DNA of 64,000 bases. It comes from Adineta vaga (Eukaryota; Animalia; Rotifera). Both the position numbers and the translations under genes were made by a program. The notes below the pieces were generated by a model, which was given only the letters and a program-made list of their open reading frames with translations, was not told where the DNA came from and ran no database searches. Of this stretch, positions 37,745 through 51,379 are shown piece by piece. Each line of letters begins with the position of its first letter. Position 1 is the first letter of the stretch. The DNA lies in NCBI GenBank assembly GCA_021613535.1, contig CP075492.1, positions 3,658,001 to 3,722,000 on the forward strand. The letters run 5' to 3'.

Positions 37745-38884
37745 ATCTCTGTTGATGTTCTCGATTTTTTTTTAAATAAAACATTTGATTATTCATCGAT
37801 TGTTGTTTTTGATCATTAAAACAATGAAAAGAAGGTCGTCGCATAATCAACAAGGGATGTTGATGTCAAAAATATAACTTTTTCTAATATGATTTATTCT
37901 ACACTGTTATCAAGGACATTATAATGATTATACTTGAAATGTAAGTGAGGTTGAAGTATTGTCATATTTATTCTATCAACTAAAATATTAATTCTTGTAA
38001 TAAAATAATTTTTAATTAAGCTTACTTATTACAAAATATATTTAGATTCTAAACACCATAAATTGATTTGTTAATACATAGTAGTCATCTGATTGTATAT
38101 AAATTTTGATTAATAATCATATAAACATCTAACAATATTAATCTTTATTTTCATATCAGTTGAAAAGTCGAAATGAATTGTTTGATCAATACGGTGTATA
38201 TTTTAACAATAAATTATATTTGATATTACTGTATTCAAACTATTATTAATATATATATATATATATTAAGATTTCGTATTCGGTAATTGATTTTCAATAA
38301 ATTCACGAATCAATTTGAATGAAGGATAAAAAGGTTTTAAATACTTTCACTGACAGAACAAATCGTGTTGTTTCTCTTAATGATTGAGTCGTTCTATTTG
38401 ATACTTGGTTTCATATTGTTGTTATTAAATCATGAGTATTTGTTTGCTTATGCATGTTTCAACAAATGATTCATTTTTATCATATTGATTAATAGATAAG
38501 TACCAGATTGCAAAAAACACTAGTTAAAAAAAGAAAATTTCTTCAAACTTTATTGTACAAATAAATATTGTTTGACCATCGATTTGAAATTAATGAAGTA
38601 TATATAAATGATTAGAGCAACATTCTTCTAAAAGGAAAGATGAATCTGTTACTTTACAGTCAATAAATTTGATTCATCGATGTAAGCTAATTATTGCCGG
38701 TTGCGTAGAAAAAGTCGAAACGGAGAATGTTGAAAGGGTAACGTTGAAAAATAACTTACGATAAAAAAGATTCATTCTATCTTTCGAACATAATGAGAAT
38801 ATTTAATCTAAATTTAAAAGAGAAAAAGTATTAAAATACAGCCATATCGAGTGTGGTGAAAATTTTGCAGCATTTTGTATTTTG

Positions 38885-40180
38885 TTAATATCTCGATTTC
38901 AGAAAATGATAGAAACATGATCTTGCTTTTAAAAGGTACAGCAAGTGAAGATGTACAAAAAATGTATGCAGAAATCGGGATTGATTAGTTTGATCAATTT
39001 TTGTATAATCATCAATTACAACATTTTTAGTACTGCTTTGTCCCAGCACGATAAAAATGCCTGCAACTTTTTTCAAACTTTTAATATATTTTGATAATGG
39101 AAAGAGCTATTCAACTAATTCTTTTTTAAAAGCCGCGCACCATGATAAGCTCTCTCAGAGCTACATCAATAAATCCTTAATACTGAAATCTAGTAAACCT
39201 CTCATATTCGAACTTAAGAAATTCATAATTTGCACTACTACTTGCATGTTATTTCTTAGTTTATTTTCAAGATACCTTAGCTCAAGGGGTGAGACGACAT
39301 TCCGGGATTTCAATACTCCGGTACTCCATGTGGTACTCCCGTGCTCCAAAGCATACTTCACATAGGCCTCCAGCATATTTCATTTACACTGAATAGTTTC
39401 GACTGTATTAGGTTGATTCGACTTAGATGGATACATTATTCGCATAAGATAAACGAACGCTGATGCATCGAGAGGGAACTGTCCAAATGCTTCTTTATAC
39501 AAAGCGTATTGGTTGACAAATTCTGATAATAGTATTTTCCATTGTTTGACAATACTTAGTACATCCTTTCAACTCAGATAGTTCGATTCATTGATAATAT
39601 TGAAAGACTGAAGTGTTAGTTTATATATGACAAGTAACTGGATCAATGTCTGTGAATTATTGATATCTGTGAATAATGACAGATGTTGTTTAATGTTCAT
39701 TCTTTGTATTATATCTTTTTGTGTCGTACAAAAATATGGACTAATGCCTTTAGACGATTGGAATTCGTTTCCTAGTGTCACTAGTAACAGTTGTCTAAAT
39801 TCATTCATTCGAGTCATTAATCTATTTTCGTTGACCGTATATTCGATGATTCGACAAAGTATATAGAAGTATGCATCTATACGTACTGCAAACAAGTTTG
39901 AATTTTGAGGCACCGATAAACTCTCTGACACAAAGTCTAATATGAATTCAGCATCATTATATAAACGTTTATTTTGGTGCTGTCGATTATATTGATCATA
40001 ATCGGTAAACCATGCATGGACCTGATCAAAAAATTCTTGTTTTGTATTTTGATTTTGAAAGATGTATCGTATAGTCGTTGCATAATCAAATACTTGACTG
40101 TAAGGCGAGACGGATTCAACCATAGAACCGACAAGTGATGTTAATGAGATATTAGGTAGCATCTGAGCTTCTGCGTAATC
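38885..40180 (-). pseudogene. Fragmented 5'/middle portion of a large uncharacterised protein
   Basis: Consecutive minus-strand ORFs separated by a stop (39569) and frame breaks. Confidence 0.45.
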
Positions 40181-40924
40181 TAAAATAGTAATTTAATTGA
40201 CAAAGTCTATGAAAAACTCATTGTAAAACTTTCTGATAGTCGCTGCAAAATATCATTGTTGAATTCAAAACTACTCAGTTATTCAGAAACAATAGGTATA
40301 GATAATCAGAGTATGGGTGTAAATTTAGATGCCAGTGTAGAGTATACTTAGTTTGTTCGCACCTTTGTTGACATTGTGCGATGTTTAGTTTACTAATGAT
40401 CGTTTATCTTTTCCTGCTAGACAATGTAACTGATAAAACCTGTCTTTATGCCGGTGTCCGTAGGAAAAAAAGGTAATGCTTGTTGCTTGTTTTAGTTTAC
40501 TTGAATGCAGAAAAATGTTACAGAACGAAAGGAATTCTCATTCATTTTCTTTTACTTTTTTCGTCTGCTCTCTTATTTATATTGTTGCATCTCGGTGTGT
40601 ATGGGCAAAATGTCTATCAACAAAGAAAGTGACGAGGGAGAGTTAGAAAACACAATGCACACATGCATTTGTGTACATTAAGGTAGACAAATAGAAATAA
40701 GAGAAAAAGAGAATAAAAAATGGTGCATCATCGGGAAGAACACAAAATAATTTTATTACATTTTCATCATATTTTGATTAATGATCACAAATTATTTCAC
40801 AAAACAAAATGAAAATGACGAGTAGAAAAACTAAAGTTCATATCAACATTTAAGAACAATAAATAACACAACATGACAGAGGATTTCACTAGATTTTACG
40901 AACAACACACATATGATGTCAAAA

Positions 40925-41936
40925 TCATTCAGTACCAGAAGCAGTTTTCATTTGAATTCTTCCAGGTAGAGTAGCAAGAGTAGTTATTGCTACTCGATGC
41001 GGTTGAAATAATTTCTTAACAATATTTTTCAATTGAGGAATAGAAAAAATTAATGTAACACTCAAGCCTGCCATTGATATTCCAACTGGAAACCATGCAA
41101 CACGATTCGTCAATGGCAGATCATCACCTGTTATAGCAAATCTTACAATAAAGTACATTGATGGGACTCCAAGAATAAGTAACAGAGTAATTATGATTAA
41201 AATCCGTTGAACAATCAAAACATCTCGGTCTTGTCTTTGTTTAACCAATAATGTTAAATTGTTTGTTTGATGTCGAAGAAATGTTGTTATTCGTAGATAT
41301 ATCATCAATGAACATAAAAATGGAAATAGATAAGCAGAAAAGGCTGCCCAAATAATCGCGCGTATATTTGCAAATGAAACATAACAGAAAGAATCATTGA
41401 TGAAATAAGTAACTCCATTCCAAGTTATAACAACACATTGGATACCAATTGCCCATACATATTCTATTATAGGAAGAAGAATATATAATTTCAAAGATCG
41501 AAAATATCGATTTTGAGGATAAAGAATTCGAACTAAACGATAGAATGCCTATAAAATATATCCAAACAAAGATATTTTCTTTCGTGAATTTTCTAGTGAC
41601 CTGATTTACAAATGCCAAATACATTGTACATAGCTGAATAACAGCAATATATCCCGAAACTATGCACGATGATGAATTGAACGATTGTCCATTTAAATCT
41701 CCTAATATTGTTCGAATATTCATTGTTAACATAATTGTTGTAAATATTAGCATAGATAAATAGATATGAATACAATGAAAAATAGTTATTTTATCTTCTT
41801 GTTTTATACCAGTAAAAAACCAATGATAAATAAGAATTATTAAAACTAGTAGTGATATGATAGTTGCAAATATTCCAAAACCAAATGTGAATGAGGTAAG
41901 AATAAGTGCAATCTTTTTATTTTCATTATCCAACAT
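40925..41936 (-). CDS. Orphan 7TM GPCR-like protein (2 exons), paralogue of 28878-29869
   Basis: Identical start MLDNENKKIALILTSFT, same intron position and shared KQRQDRDVLIVQRIL. Confidence 0.82.
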
Positions 41937-43671
41937 TGTTTTAAGTTGTTCAGAATTGAATGATGAACTGTATGTAAAAAGCGAGAGTCCAATAAGTTTT
42001 TCTGAAAAGAAGCTTATTTATATAATCTTCTTAGGCTAAAATATGAACTCTAAAAGCCTTCGTTGACGTTCTCTTATATCAACTCAAAATATGCAATTAT
42101 ATTCAATCAGATATTACTGTTGTTTTCCTATTGATAGTTGTCGAATCGTGCTCAATGACTTTTCATTTCGACTACTTAGATGCAAAGGAAATGACAAGGC
42201 GAAACAAAATTTTCTTACAAATACAGATTCATTTGCTATTCTCTGTTTGCTTTATCACACATATTTTTCATTAAAACACAAAATATAAAATAATCAATGT
42301 TTGATATTTTGACAAGAATTTGTCGTCTTATTCTAAATATTATGAGTTATAAACAGAATATTAATCATGTAAGTATATAATCTTCATGTAAAAGTTTGAA
42401 ATACAAGAGAAGCAATTACCAAAATACTTTGAGGGTGCATTTTAGTTTTTTATAAAAGCATTCAGGTAGAAACAGACAAAAATGACGTAAAAGTAGGGGC
42501 AACTAAAAAATGACATCTGAATTTTTTGAGCAGATAAATATTAATATCTATTTTACTCAGAAATAATAATCATCCAATACTTCGCAGTTATGTATATAAA
42601 ATCTCAGAAGTATTTAAAAAACTTGATTCAAACATATGTTTACTCTCAATTTCATTATTATATGGTTTTAACTTTCAAAATGACATATGACAGGTTCTTA
42701 TATTTCACACTACGTCATAGGAGTTTCTTCTTTAATTAATATTGAGTTCTCATTCTTAAAGAAAAAGGGTGTTCTATCATCTGAAGTATCCATCTGTAAA
42801 TTTAAGACAACTACGATCAAACGACAACGATTCATCCATCCATCACTGTTTGATATAAAGTCGTTAATCCAGAACACAAGGGACAGTCAAGAGCTACAAA
42901 AGAAATTTTTACTTGCAAATGTTATATTGCAGTCGAATATAGGACTAATTACTTGTTGACAATGTCGTTACTGTTAAACAATGAATAAACATAAATAAAT
43001 ATTGAGGATGTGGGTGTGGATTAGCTAATCTTCTATACCCACACCCTTCTCTTAAACTTTTGTGAAATATTGATGCGTATAAATCATCGAAAGTAAATGA
43101 AATTCAACAACGCTATCGAAGACACATTTGACGGGTTGGAAGTTGGAAAGTTGAATATATTATCGTTAACTAGCAATATTCACATGAAAGATCAAAAGTC
43201 AATCTCAGATCGATTTCATGACAAAAGCCTACATTGATGTTGAAAACAGAGAGTTAAGAAATGGAAAAAAACAGTACGGATGGTATTGGTAGCAATTTTC
43301 GAAATAAATTTATTCTTACATTCGAGATTGCTATGGTGATATTTAATTATCGATGGTTTCGTATGAGATGAATTTTATTTTGAGCAAGAGATTTAATTAT
43401 AAATGTAAGTTTAAGTTCATACTATAATCAATGAAAACACACCTGAATACAAGTTTGATAGCGCTATCATATTGGTAGAGAAAGATCACATTCAGTGATC
43501 TAATACTGCTTGTTTAATATGCTTGTTTTCTTTGAGCCAGGAAAACGAATGGTCAAAAAGTGTAACGCCAAGTGAAATGTAATCGTAATTAAACTGACGT
43601 TTAATTTCTCCACCTTCTTTTACAATGGTTTCTTTGATTCTACAATGAATCGATGAGTAAAAATAATCATA

Positions 43672-44491
43672 TCACTCTATCAAGATAAAAAAGCTTTCTA
43701 TTTCTTCAGTGGGTGTATTTTTCTTGAATTTGACGTAGTTAAACTGAGGCACGACTTCTTCTGATGATACTGCGGTCACCCACCCGAGACACGAGCGGAG
43801 AGCATTTGTTTCTGGATTCTGACCGGTGCCAAGAAATCCAGCAATTAGCTGCATTGAAGTTCGACTACCATTATCATCTAAGAAGAACTCTGTCTGAGTG
43901 ATACTCTCCTCAAGAGCGTCGAAATTCAAAACGTAGATCATTCCCTACAAGTGAAAGAACCAGTAATTCGTCTTTTAGACATTAGTAACATATAATAAAA
44001 TGCATACATGCTTTAGGTCATGGTATTCATGGCAAGCTTTTACATAATGGCCATTGGAATCCATTTCGTACTAGAATAGAATATTTTTTGCTATAAATAT
44101 ATCTCGAAAGAAATGTAAAATCTACGAAACTATTTTTCATTCAGAATGTTCTGTCAAGGTCTGTACGCACAAGAATTGAAGTCTTACCGAAACAAAAGTT
44201 GCCAACCATCCCAGTAGGTGAACCACGAAGTGTTACTTGTGGAACTACATGAGAGAATTACTTTTAATATCATCATACTTAGTTTCTAGTTGATCTCACA
44301 GACTATATAAAATACTTACTTCCACATGTCATACTGAATCCATATTCATAGTATGATTTGACACAATCTATCATAGTACAGTCGAAGACAACTCCTTCAA
44401 TATTAGTCGTATTTGAAAATCTTTTGGTTATCAATGTCGTCCAATCCATTTTCATATCCTCTTTAATCATTTGACACATGTGATGAACAGC
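43672..44491 (-). pseudogene. DUF4419 gene, 3' part (downstream of the transposon insertion)
   Basis: AVHHMCQMIKE...FSNTT...CVKSYYEYGFSMTCG, PQVTLRGS and MQLIAGFLG...LGWV. Confidence 0.8.
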
Positions 44492-44709
44492 CCCATGTAA
44501 AAATAAAAAGACGTTTAACGGACCTGTTTTCAAATCTAACGCCGAAAACGGCGTTAAACAACAGTTTAACGACGTTACACGAACGTTCTCTCGTGTGCTT
44601 TCGTTATTTCCTGCTATTCCGTAAAAATGCGTTGGCTTTTTCACGAAATTTTAAGCGTTGGTGGTCTTCTAACGACAATTCACTGGTTACATATGACAAA
44701 ACGCTTCTA

Positions 44710-44931
44710 TAACTTTAACGTGTGAAATATTTTAACGCGTTTTATTGAATGAATTCGATTTTAATGGTACAAATTCATTATTTATAGTTAAATATTTCAC
44801 TAACTTTAACGGATGAGATATCTTAACGCGTTTTATTGAATGAATTCGATTTTAATGGTACAAATTCATTATTTATAGTTAAATATTTCACTAACTTTAA
44901 CGGATGAGATATTTTAACGTGTTTTATTGAA
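44710..44931. repeat. Subterminal 91-bp tandem repeat (~2.4 copies)
   Basis: aactttaacg recurs at 44711, 44802 and 44893. Confidence 0.9.
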
Positions 44932-45112
44932 AAATGTAATAATATAGGATTTTAGTATGTTGTTAGAGACGAAAAAATTATTTCTTTTGTCGTGTTGGTA
45001 TTTATTGTATTTTATTGGTATACGTTATGAATACGTTCAGTTCTATTAGAAGAATTTATGTTTGTAAGCTATAGATTTATTTCATCAATGGATAAAGAGA
45101 ATACCACATATA

Positions 45113-48089
45113 CTATGAACCTTCTTCAAGATTTGGATATCGAAAAAATATAACTTTGTTTGATCTTTGTTTCCAATAAACACATTTCTCAATGATATTA
45201 GTTGGAGAGATATAATAGTAATTTTTGTTATTTTCTAAAACACCTTCTTGAACCGATGGCAAGTCTATGCTATGACCTGTTACAGATACACTAAAAACAT
45301 TTCCGTTGGAAAGTGGCCAAAGTTCAAGTAAAATTTCATTATCTTCATCGCAAAAGATAGAGTTAATTAAACCAAAATGATGTTCATTTTCCACCTTGAA
45401 TAAAACGGCGGAGTCATCTGCTAATTTCGATTTGGAATAATGTAACGATGTAAAGCGGATATGACCAATTTTACATGTTGAGAAAAACTGCAAGTTTCGA
45501 TTTGAAAAGATATTACATATTCTGTCAACGGATGCTAAACGATGCATTGTACGAATTTGATTGGAAGTAGAGGCATGATAACCATAACCAGATATCATTT
45601 TTTCAACATAATTTTTAAGTTTGACGTCTATTGTCGAATCATGGAGATGTACACATGCATATCTAAACATATTTAAATTGCCAATCATCTCAATTTCTTC
45701 ACGACGAGTTGATTTGATTGTACGCATAATCATGCCTAAATCTCAATACAAAACAGTCAAATATTTATAAAACTAATGAATATCACCTAATATATTTTCG
45801 AAGTGAAATGTTGAATATGAAGTTAATGGACCATAGTCAATAACAGTTTGTCCAATATGAACAAGAGAATGAACGACCTGCTGATTATGTCGAATACCAT
45901 ATAATTTTGGAAAATCGATAAGAAATTCACGAAGAAGGATTCTAATATCATAAGTCATTGCCAGTGTTACTTCTCGAAATTCAGAAAGATGAACAGCGAC
46001 AACTAATTTTATAAAGTGATTGTAATATTTGGATTTAAGAATATTTTTAAATACTACAAAACCAAACAAGAGGATCATTCTTAATTCGCTGGCTTTCAAT
46101 TTTTTAAATTTGGTAAGTGAACGAGGACGTCGACTTGTTGTTGAAGGGAAACGAAATTCTTGAAGCAAAGAAGATAAATGATGAAGATGAGTATAACAAG
46201 ACCAATCTTTTTTTCGATAATTGGGTTCTAGCCACAGGCATAAAAGCTTACGCTTTAATAAGAAGCAATTATATATTATAGGAAGCCGTTATGAATACAA
46301 CTTACAAATCCACCTCGGTACACATTGTGAAGATTATCAGAGACAAAACTAGATCCGACATCAAAGTATTTCAGTTGACGAAGTGGACAAGGACCAAGGA
46401 TTCCATGTTCAGATTCTTTATATTTTATAAGTTCTTTCTTGAATTTTCTTTTATCGGAACGATTTAATAGATTAGAACTCTTTCTTGCAATTTTGGCATC
46501 ATTCGATAGCTTTATCATAAGAAGATGATCATATCGATTATTTGATCTTAAATTTGGTTGATTTAATGAATTATCAATTGGAAAACAATTGACAGAATTG
46601 GTAGAATCGTAAGAAGCTTTTACAGTTTGTCCTAATTAGTAATTATAAAATGAAAAATGCTTCAATACAAAGAAATATCTACCGCGGATTTCACAGCGAC
46701 CGCATCCATATAGTGCTATTGGCTCGGGTAAATTCTGTGTTAATGATTGAGCAGGCTTATCCATACACGCACATATTAAAAATACTTTTAAAGTTTGTGT
46801 AATATAAGTCTGATTTGAACGACGTTCAAAAGTAACTCCCTTTTCCAACTGTTTAAGTTGGTCAACAACTGATTGAAGAAAAGCTGACATTTCGGATCTT
46901 TTTGGTTTGCTGGGACCTGGCCATATGCCACCGAGTATTATGTTCTGAAAACAAAATCTTTTTCTACGATTAATTTCGTTTACTACGAAAGTCATTGGCC
47001 AAATAGATTTTTCTGAACTGTTAAAGGGTTGTATACCATCTGTACTCATGGTTAGTGTAAGAAATGGTTCAGTTTCTTCACGTAGAATTTCATTATAAGA
47101 ATTTCCATGTACTACATCTTTCATTGGAAACATAGAACGACGTGTATGTTTTGTGCACATTGGTAAGACTAAATCATCTGTCGTAGCTAATATTAAAGAA
47201 AGTTGCTCAAGTATATCAAACGTGTAAAAATAATTAGGTATTGTGGCAGGAGGTGCAAATAACCATCTACAATTATCATTTGAGCACGTGAACATATCAT
47301 TAGAAGCGGTTTTACAAGTTGGACATATCCATTTTTGATTTCGACAAAGCGGTACAACGATTGAATCATTAAACGCTTGCTTGATTTGAAACCAACTGCG
47401 AGGAGCATTTGGTACTTTAAGGAGATTCAATAATAAACATATGTCATTAACACAAACAGCAGATAAAGAATGCCGAGTTTTAATTGAAATCAAAGCTGCA
47501 GCAATATCGATTTTTTCTATTGACCGTATAAATGCTTCTGAATGAGTTGTGGACCTGAAAAGTTATTGCAAAAGAACTATGCAGCTAGCTTGATCAATAC
47601 GATTTTTCTAATAAACTTTTTATTTCCATAGAAAAAAAGCCTATTTTTATTCAGTCATAAAAAATCAAGATTGAAAACTTATGTAATAAAGAGCATCATT
47701 GAAATTTATTACATACGTATTTGATTCATCCTCAGATACAGCAGGTTCATCTACACTTTGAGATTTAAAACTTGCAGGTGAACAATCAGTAGAATGTAAC
47801 GATGATTCATTATTTAGAGAACCCAAAATATCATTAGATACATCATTTAATGAATCAAAATCATCATCAGTTAAATCATTAACATTGATAGCTATTGAAT
47901 CTCTTTTATCTCGACATAAATCTTCATTTATTCGTTCGCATTCATCCACTAAATTAAAAAAAATAGATTTAAGAAAACCTTAGCTTTAAACACACAGAAA
48001 CGTTCATTTGTATTCGCACGCATTGCCATCCATTGCCGATTTGTAAAAGCCTTTCGACCTAGCCTCCATGTAGCCATTTTCTTTGCCAT
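45113..48089 (-). CDS. EnSpm/Tnp2-like DDE transposase (multi-exon)
   Basis: CPTC...C Zn motif, LTMSTDGIQPF...SIWP, CMDKPA...YGCGRC, SDNLHNVY, KASELR and HSLVH...YGPL...STFHFEN. Confidence 0.92.
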
Positions 48090-48415
48090 TTTATGTCAAC
48101 GACCAAAACTATATGATTTTAAAGTTCAAAGGCAATTGAAATCAATATAACTATAATATGTAATAATACAGATGAAAATCTTACAAATACGCAAAAAAGT
48201 TGGTTTATATCAATTTATCACTTGTAAATCTTTATTAACTTTTTTATTAGTCTAGATACTTTGAAATAAAAATGAAATAGTATGGAGAAATAGAAGATAA
48301 ATCGAATCAGGAGAGTATGACTACATATATAAAAAAACATAGAATAACCATTGAACATAAAATTGATTTAACCAGCAAATAATACAACTAAATTATTTAT
48401 AACAATATGGTATCT

Positions 48416-49957
48416 TCACTGATTATTTAAACAAATGTTTTCTTTATCACTAGTATTTGTTTTTTTTCTATTTGTCATAGGTTTTAAAACATCAGTTGTT
48501 GATTGAGTAGAAGATTTTTTTTCAGGTTTTTCCTTCTGTTGACTTTTAGCACTTCGAAAAACGTTATTGATACTTTCATTGATTTGTCCTCCTGTAAGAC
48601 CTTCCATGCCGTGATAAATATCGATAATATCTAAAGTATCAATATGCTATTAGTGCACTGAATAGACAAGAGGAATAAGATTACCATGAATAGCTTGTCG
48701 AAAATTAGCTTCAATATCATCTGACGTAACATCTGCTCGAGTATTCGGTGGATAAAACGCACGAACGATAGACCGAGCTGTTTTAGTTCCATTAGGCTTT
48801 TGCCATTTTTTCAAACTCTCTTCATCCACATTTAAAATTGAACAAGCATGAGCTAACTTATCTCCACGTCCTTCAGCAGCTTCACCACCAGAAGAAAAGA
48901 GCTCACCCATGCGTATAAAAAATCGTATAATAGCCGGATCAGTAGGACGAGCTGAAATAGATAAATAAATAAAAATATTTATGAAAAATTAACGTACGCA
49001 TCCATTCTGTGCGAAATTTCTCGATTTGTCTTTTTAAACGAATAATTTCAGCTTCAAGTTCTTGAAGACGAGCTAATGAGATTATTGATCGTTTTGATGG
49101 TGGTGGTAGTGGGTCTGTTTCATCATCAGAAAGAGCACGTTTACGAGATAACCGGATCGATGTTTGTTCTAAATGGTTTAACTAACAATAGATTAAGACC
49201 ATCGTTTAAAAATTTTATTAATACAACCTTCATCATCATCGTCATCGTTATTTGAAGATATTTCTTTCGATTTTTTTACTTGATTTTTGTTCTTCTCGTT
49301 TCTGATTTTCATTTTTTGAGATGAAGTAGATTCTAATTCATGAGCATCATCTTAAAAAACGCAAGTTGAATAGATGAAAGATGTTCATAGTAATACAACC
49401 TTCATTTTCATCATTATCATTCGAAGGTGTTTCTTTCGATTTTTTCACTTGATTTTTGTTCTTTTCCTGTCGGATTCTTATTTGTTGTGATGATGTAGAT
49501 TCTGATTCATGAACATCATCTAAAAAAACGCAAGTTGAATAGATCAGGGATGTGCATAGTAATACAACTTTCTTCTTCTTCGACTATTTGTAAACGATCA
49601 TCATCAGATTCAGACGATTCTTCATCATCATCATCATCATCTGATTCAGCTTCTTCAACTTTTTTCGTTTGCTTTTTGTTGAACAATTTCATTTGTTGTT
49701 CGCAGAGTTGTACAGATCCTAGAAGAAAAGACATGATACTTGATACTGTACTATGACTCTGACTTACCAATAACTAAAATTGTTCCTCGAAGAATTTTTT
49801 CTCTTGTTTTGCTCGATAGTTTATATCCAACATGAGAACCAACTTTTAGTTTAGCTTTATCAATAGTTGTCACCAACTGATGCCATTCAGCAACAATACA
49901 TTCACCAGAAGTAATGCGCAATAAACAAGCATCAAACCTTTTCACTTTTTTAGACAT
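48416..49957 (-). CDS. Transposon accessory protein (multi-exon; acidic middle, helical BEN-like C-terminus)
   Basis: Same-strand spliced ORFs inside the TIRs; coiled coil LARLQELEAEIIRLKRQIE; TARSIVRAFYP...INESINNVFRSAK. Confidence 0.65.
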
Positions 49958-50615
49958 GAAAAATAATTAGGTATAGTTTATTATTTATCTATAAAAATCT
50001 GATTAACAAAATATAGTACAAGACGATGCAATACATTAACGTTATAAATCTAAAAGATAACATAAACATCAAAATGTAGCAGTTGATAAATTTCGAACAA
50101 TAAAAGAATATATAGTAAAGCTAAATGTTATTGTTTTTATTGGTGAAATATAAAATATCCAAAACCGCTAGTTTTCTTGTTTCTTTCCTTTGTAATAATA
50201 CATTCTCATTCGTGTAACAATAGAACGTATCAGAAAAGATTTGTAGATGGCATGTATATCTGCCCGTTACAAATATTCATTGCTGATGTTATAGCTCAAG
50301 TTTTTCAACATAATTCACTTTCTGAAACATATTATTCATGTAGAATAAGCACGAATTATTCCATAAAATTGTAGTCTGTTCTATGTTATTTTTGTAGTCA
50401 AATGATGAATCGTAGAACGATAACCTATAGATACTTAGTTCTCAAGTGCAAGTTCAAATCGTATATGAAGAAAATGATATCTTTCAATATTCAATAGTTT
50501 CTTATCTTTCTTATATAAACTTTGTTTATCGAAATTTGAATTGTAAACGCAATGATAGTAATTGAACATATTTATTTCCAAATTCTATTAGGTTTTTTTG
50601 GTCCAATTACAATAG

Positions 50616-50840
50616 AAGATCAAGTGATCAGGTAAAAATCATATTATTGAAATTAATAAATTATCTTTTCTTTTATTTAGATTATGTCCCAACAAAAGAT
50701 CAAGTGATCAGGTAAAAATCATATTATTGAAATTAATAAATTATCTTTTCTTTTATTTAGATTATGTCCCAACAAAAGATCAAGTGATCAGGTAAAAATC
50801 ATATTATTGAAATTAATAAATTATCTTTTCTTTTATTTAG
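50616..50840. repeat. 80-bp tandem repeat (~2.8 copies)
   Basis: caagtgatcaggtaaaaatc recurs at 50621, 50701 and 50781. Confidence 0.92.
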
Positions 50841-50977
50841 CTAATTGATTCGCTGAAGTTTCAGGTGGTTAAAAAAATTGTGCTATAAAACTTGATTAGA
50901 CGCCGAAAAGTTTTAGCAGAATAGATGTAATCTTGAGGCGTGAGAAAGCGTTAAAAGAGCGGTAATTTAATACATTT

Positions 50978-51245
50978 TTTGGCGTTAAATCTCATAAAAC
51001 GCGTTAAAGTGTGTTAAATAAGTAAGAATCTAGTCCCAGATATTGTTCTATTTGTGACCATGAAACAGCGTTAAAAACTCTGGATGTAACGCGTTTGTTG
51101 GCGTTATATCTCATAAAACGCGTTAAAATGCGTTAAATAGGTTAGAATTTGATCCCAGATATTGTTTGGTTTATGATCATGAAACAGCGGTAAAAAGTCT
51201 TGATCTAACGCGTTTGTTGGCATTAAGTGGTAAAAAGCGCGTTAA
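50978..51245. repeat. Subterminal ~119-bp tandem repeat rich in AACGCGTT/GCGTTAA
   Basis: ctcataaaacgcgttaaa recurs at 50991 and 51110. Confidence 0.85.
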
Positions 51246-51379
51246 ACATCGTTATTTTTGGTGTTTTTAACGCGTTTTTAGGGTCAAAAAGGTAACATGT
51301 TTTTTTGTGAAATCGTTAAATTTTTAACAGTTTTTCACGTCACAAGATGTCGTTAAATTCTCAAAAATTTTTACATGGG

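Larger units (their letters stand above)
44492..51379 (-). mobile_element. CMC/EnSpm (CACTA-superfamily) DNA transposon, 6888 bp, apparently complete
   Basis: Perfect 13-bp TIRs CCCATGTAAAAAT (44492-44504 and 51367-51379), 3-bp TSD AGC (44489-44491 and 51380-51382), subterminal repeats and transposase. Confidence 0.95.

Noticed and set aside
44303-44644. 113-aa ORF as an independent gene
   Set aside because: It is a chimera of transposon terminal sequence and a DUF4419 exon.
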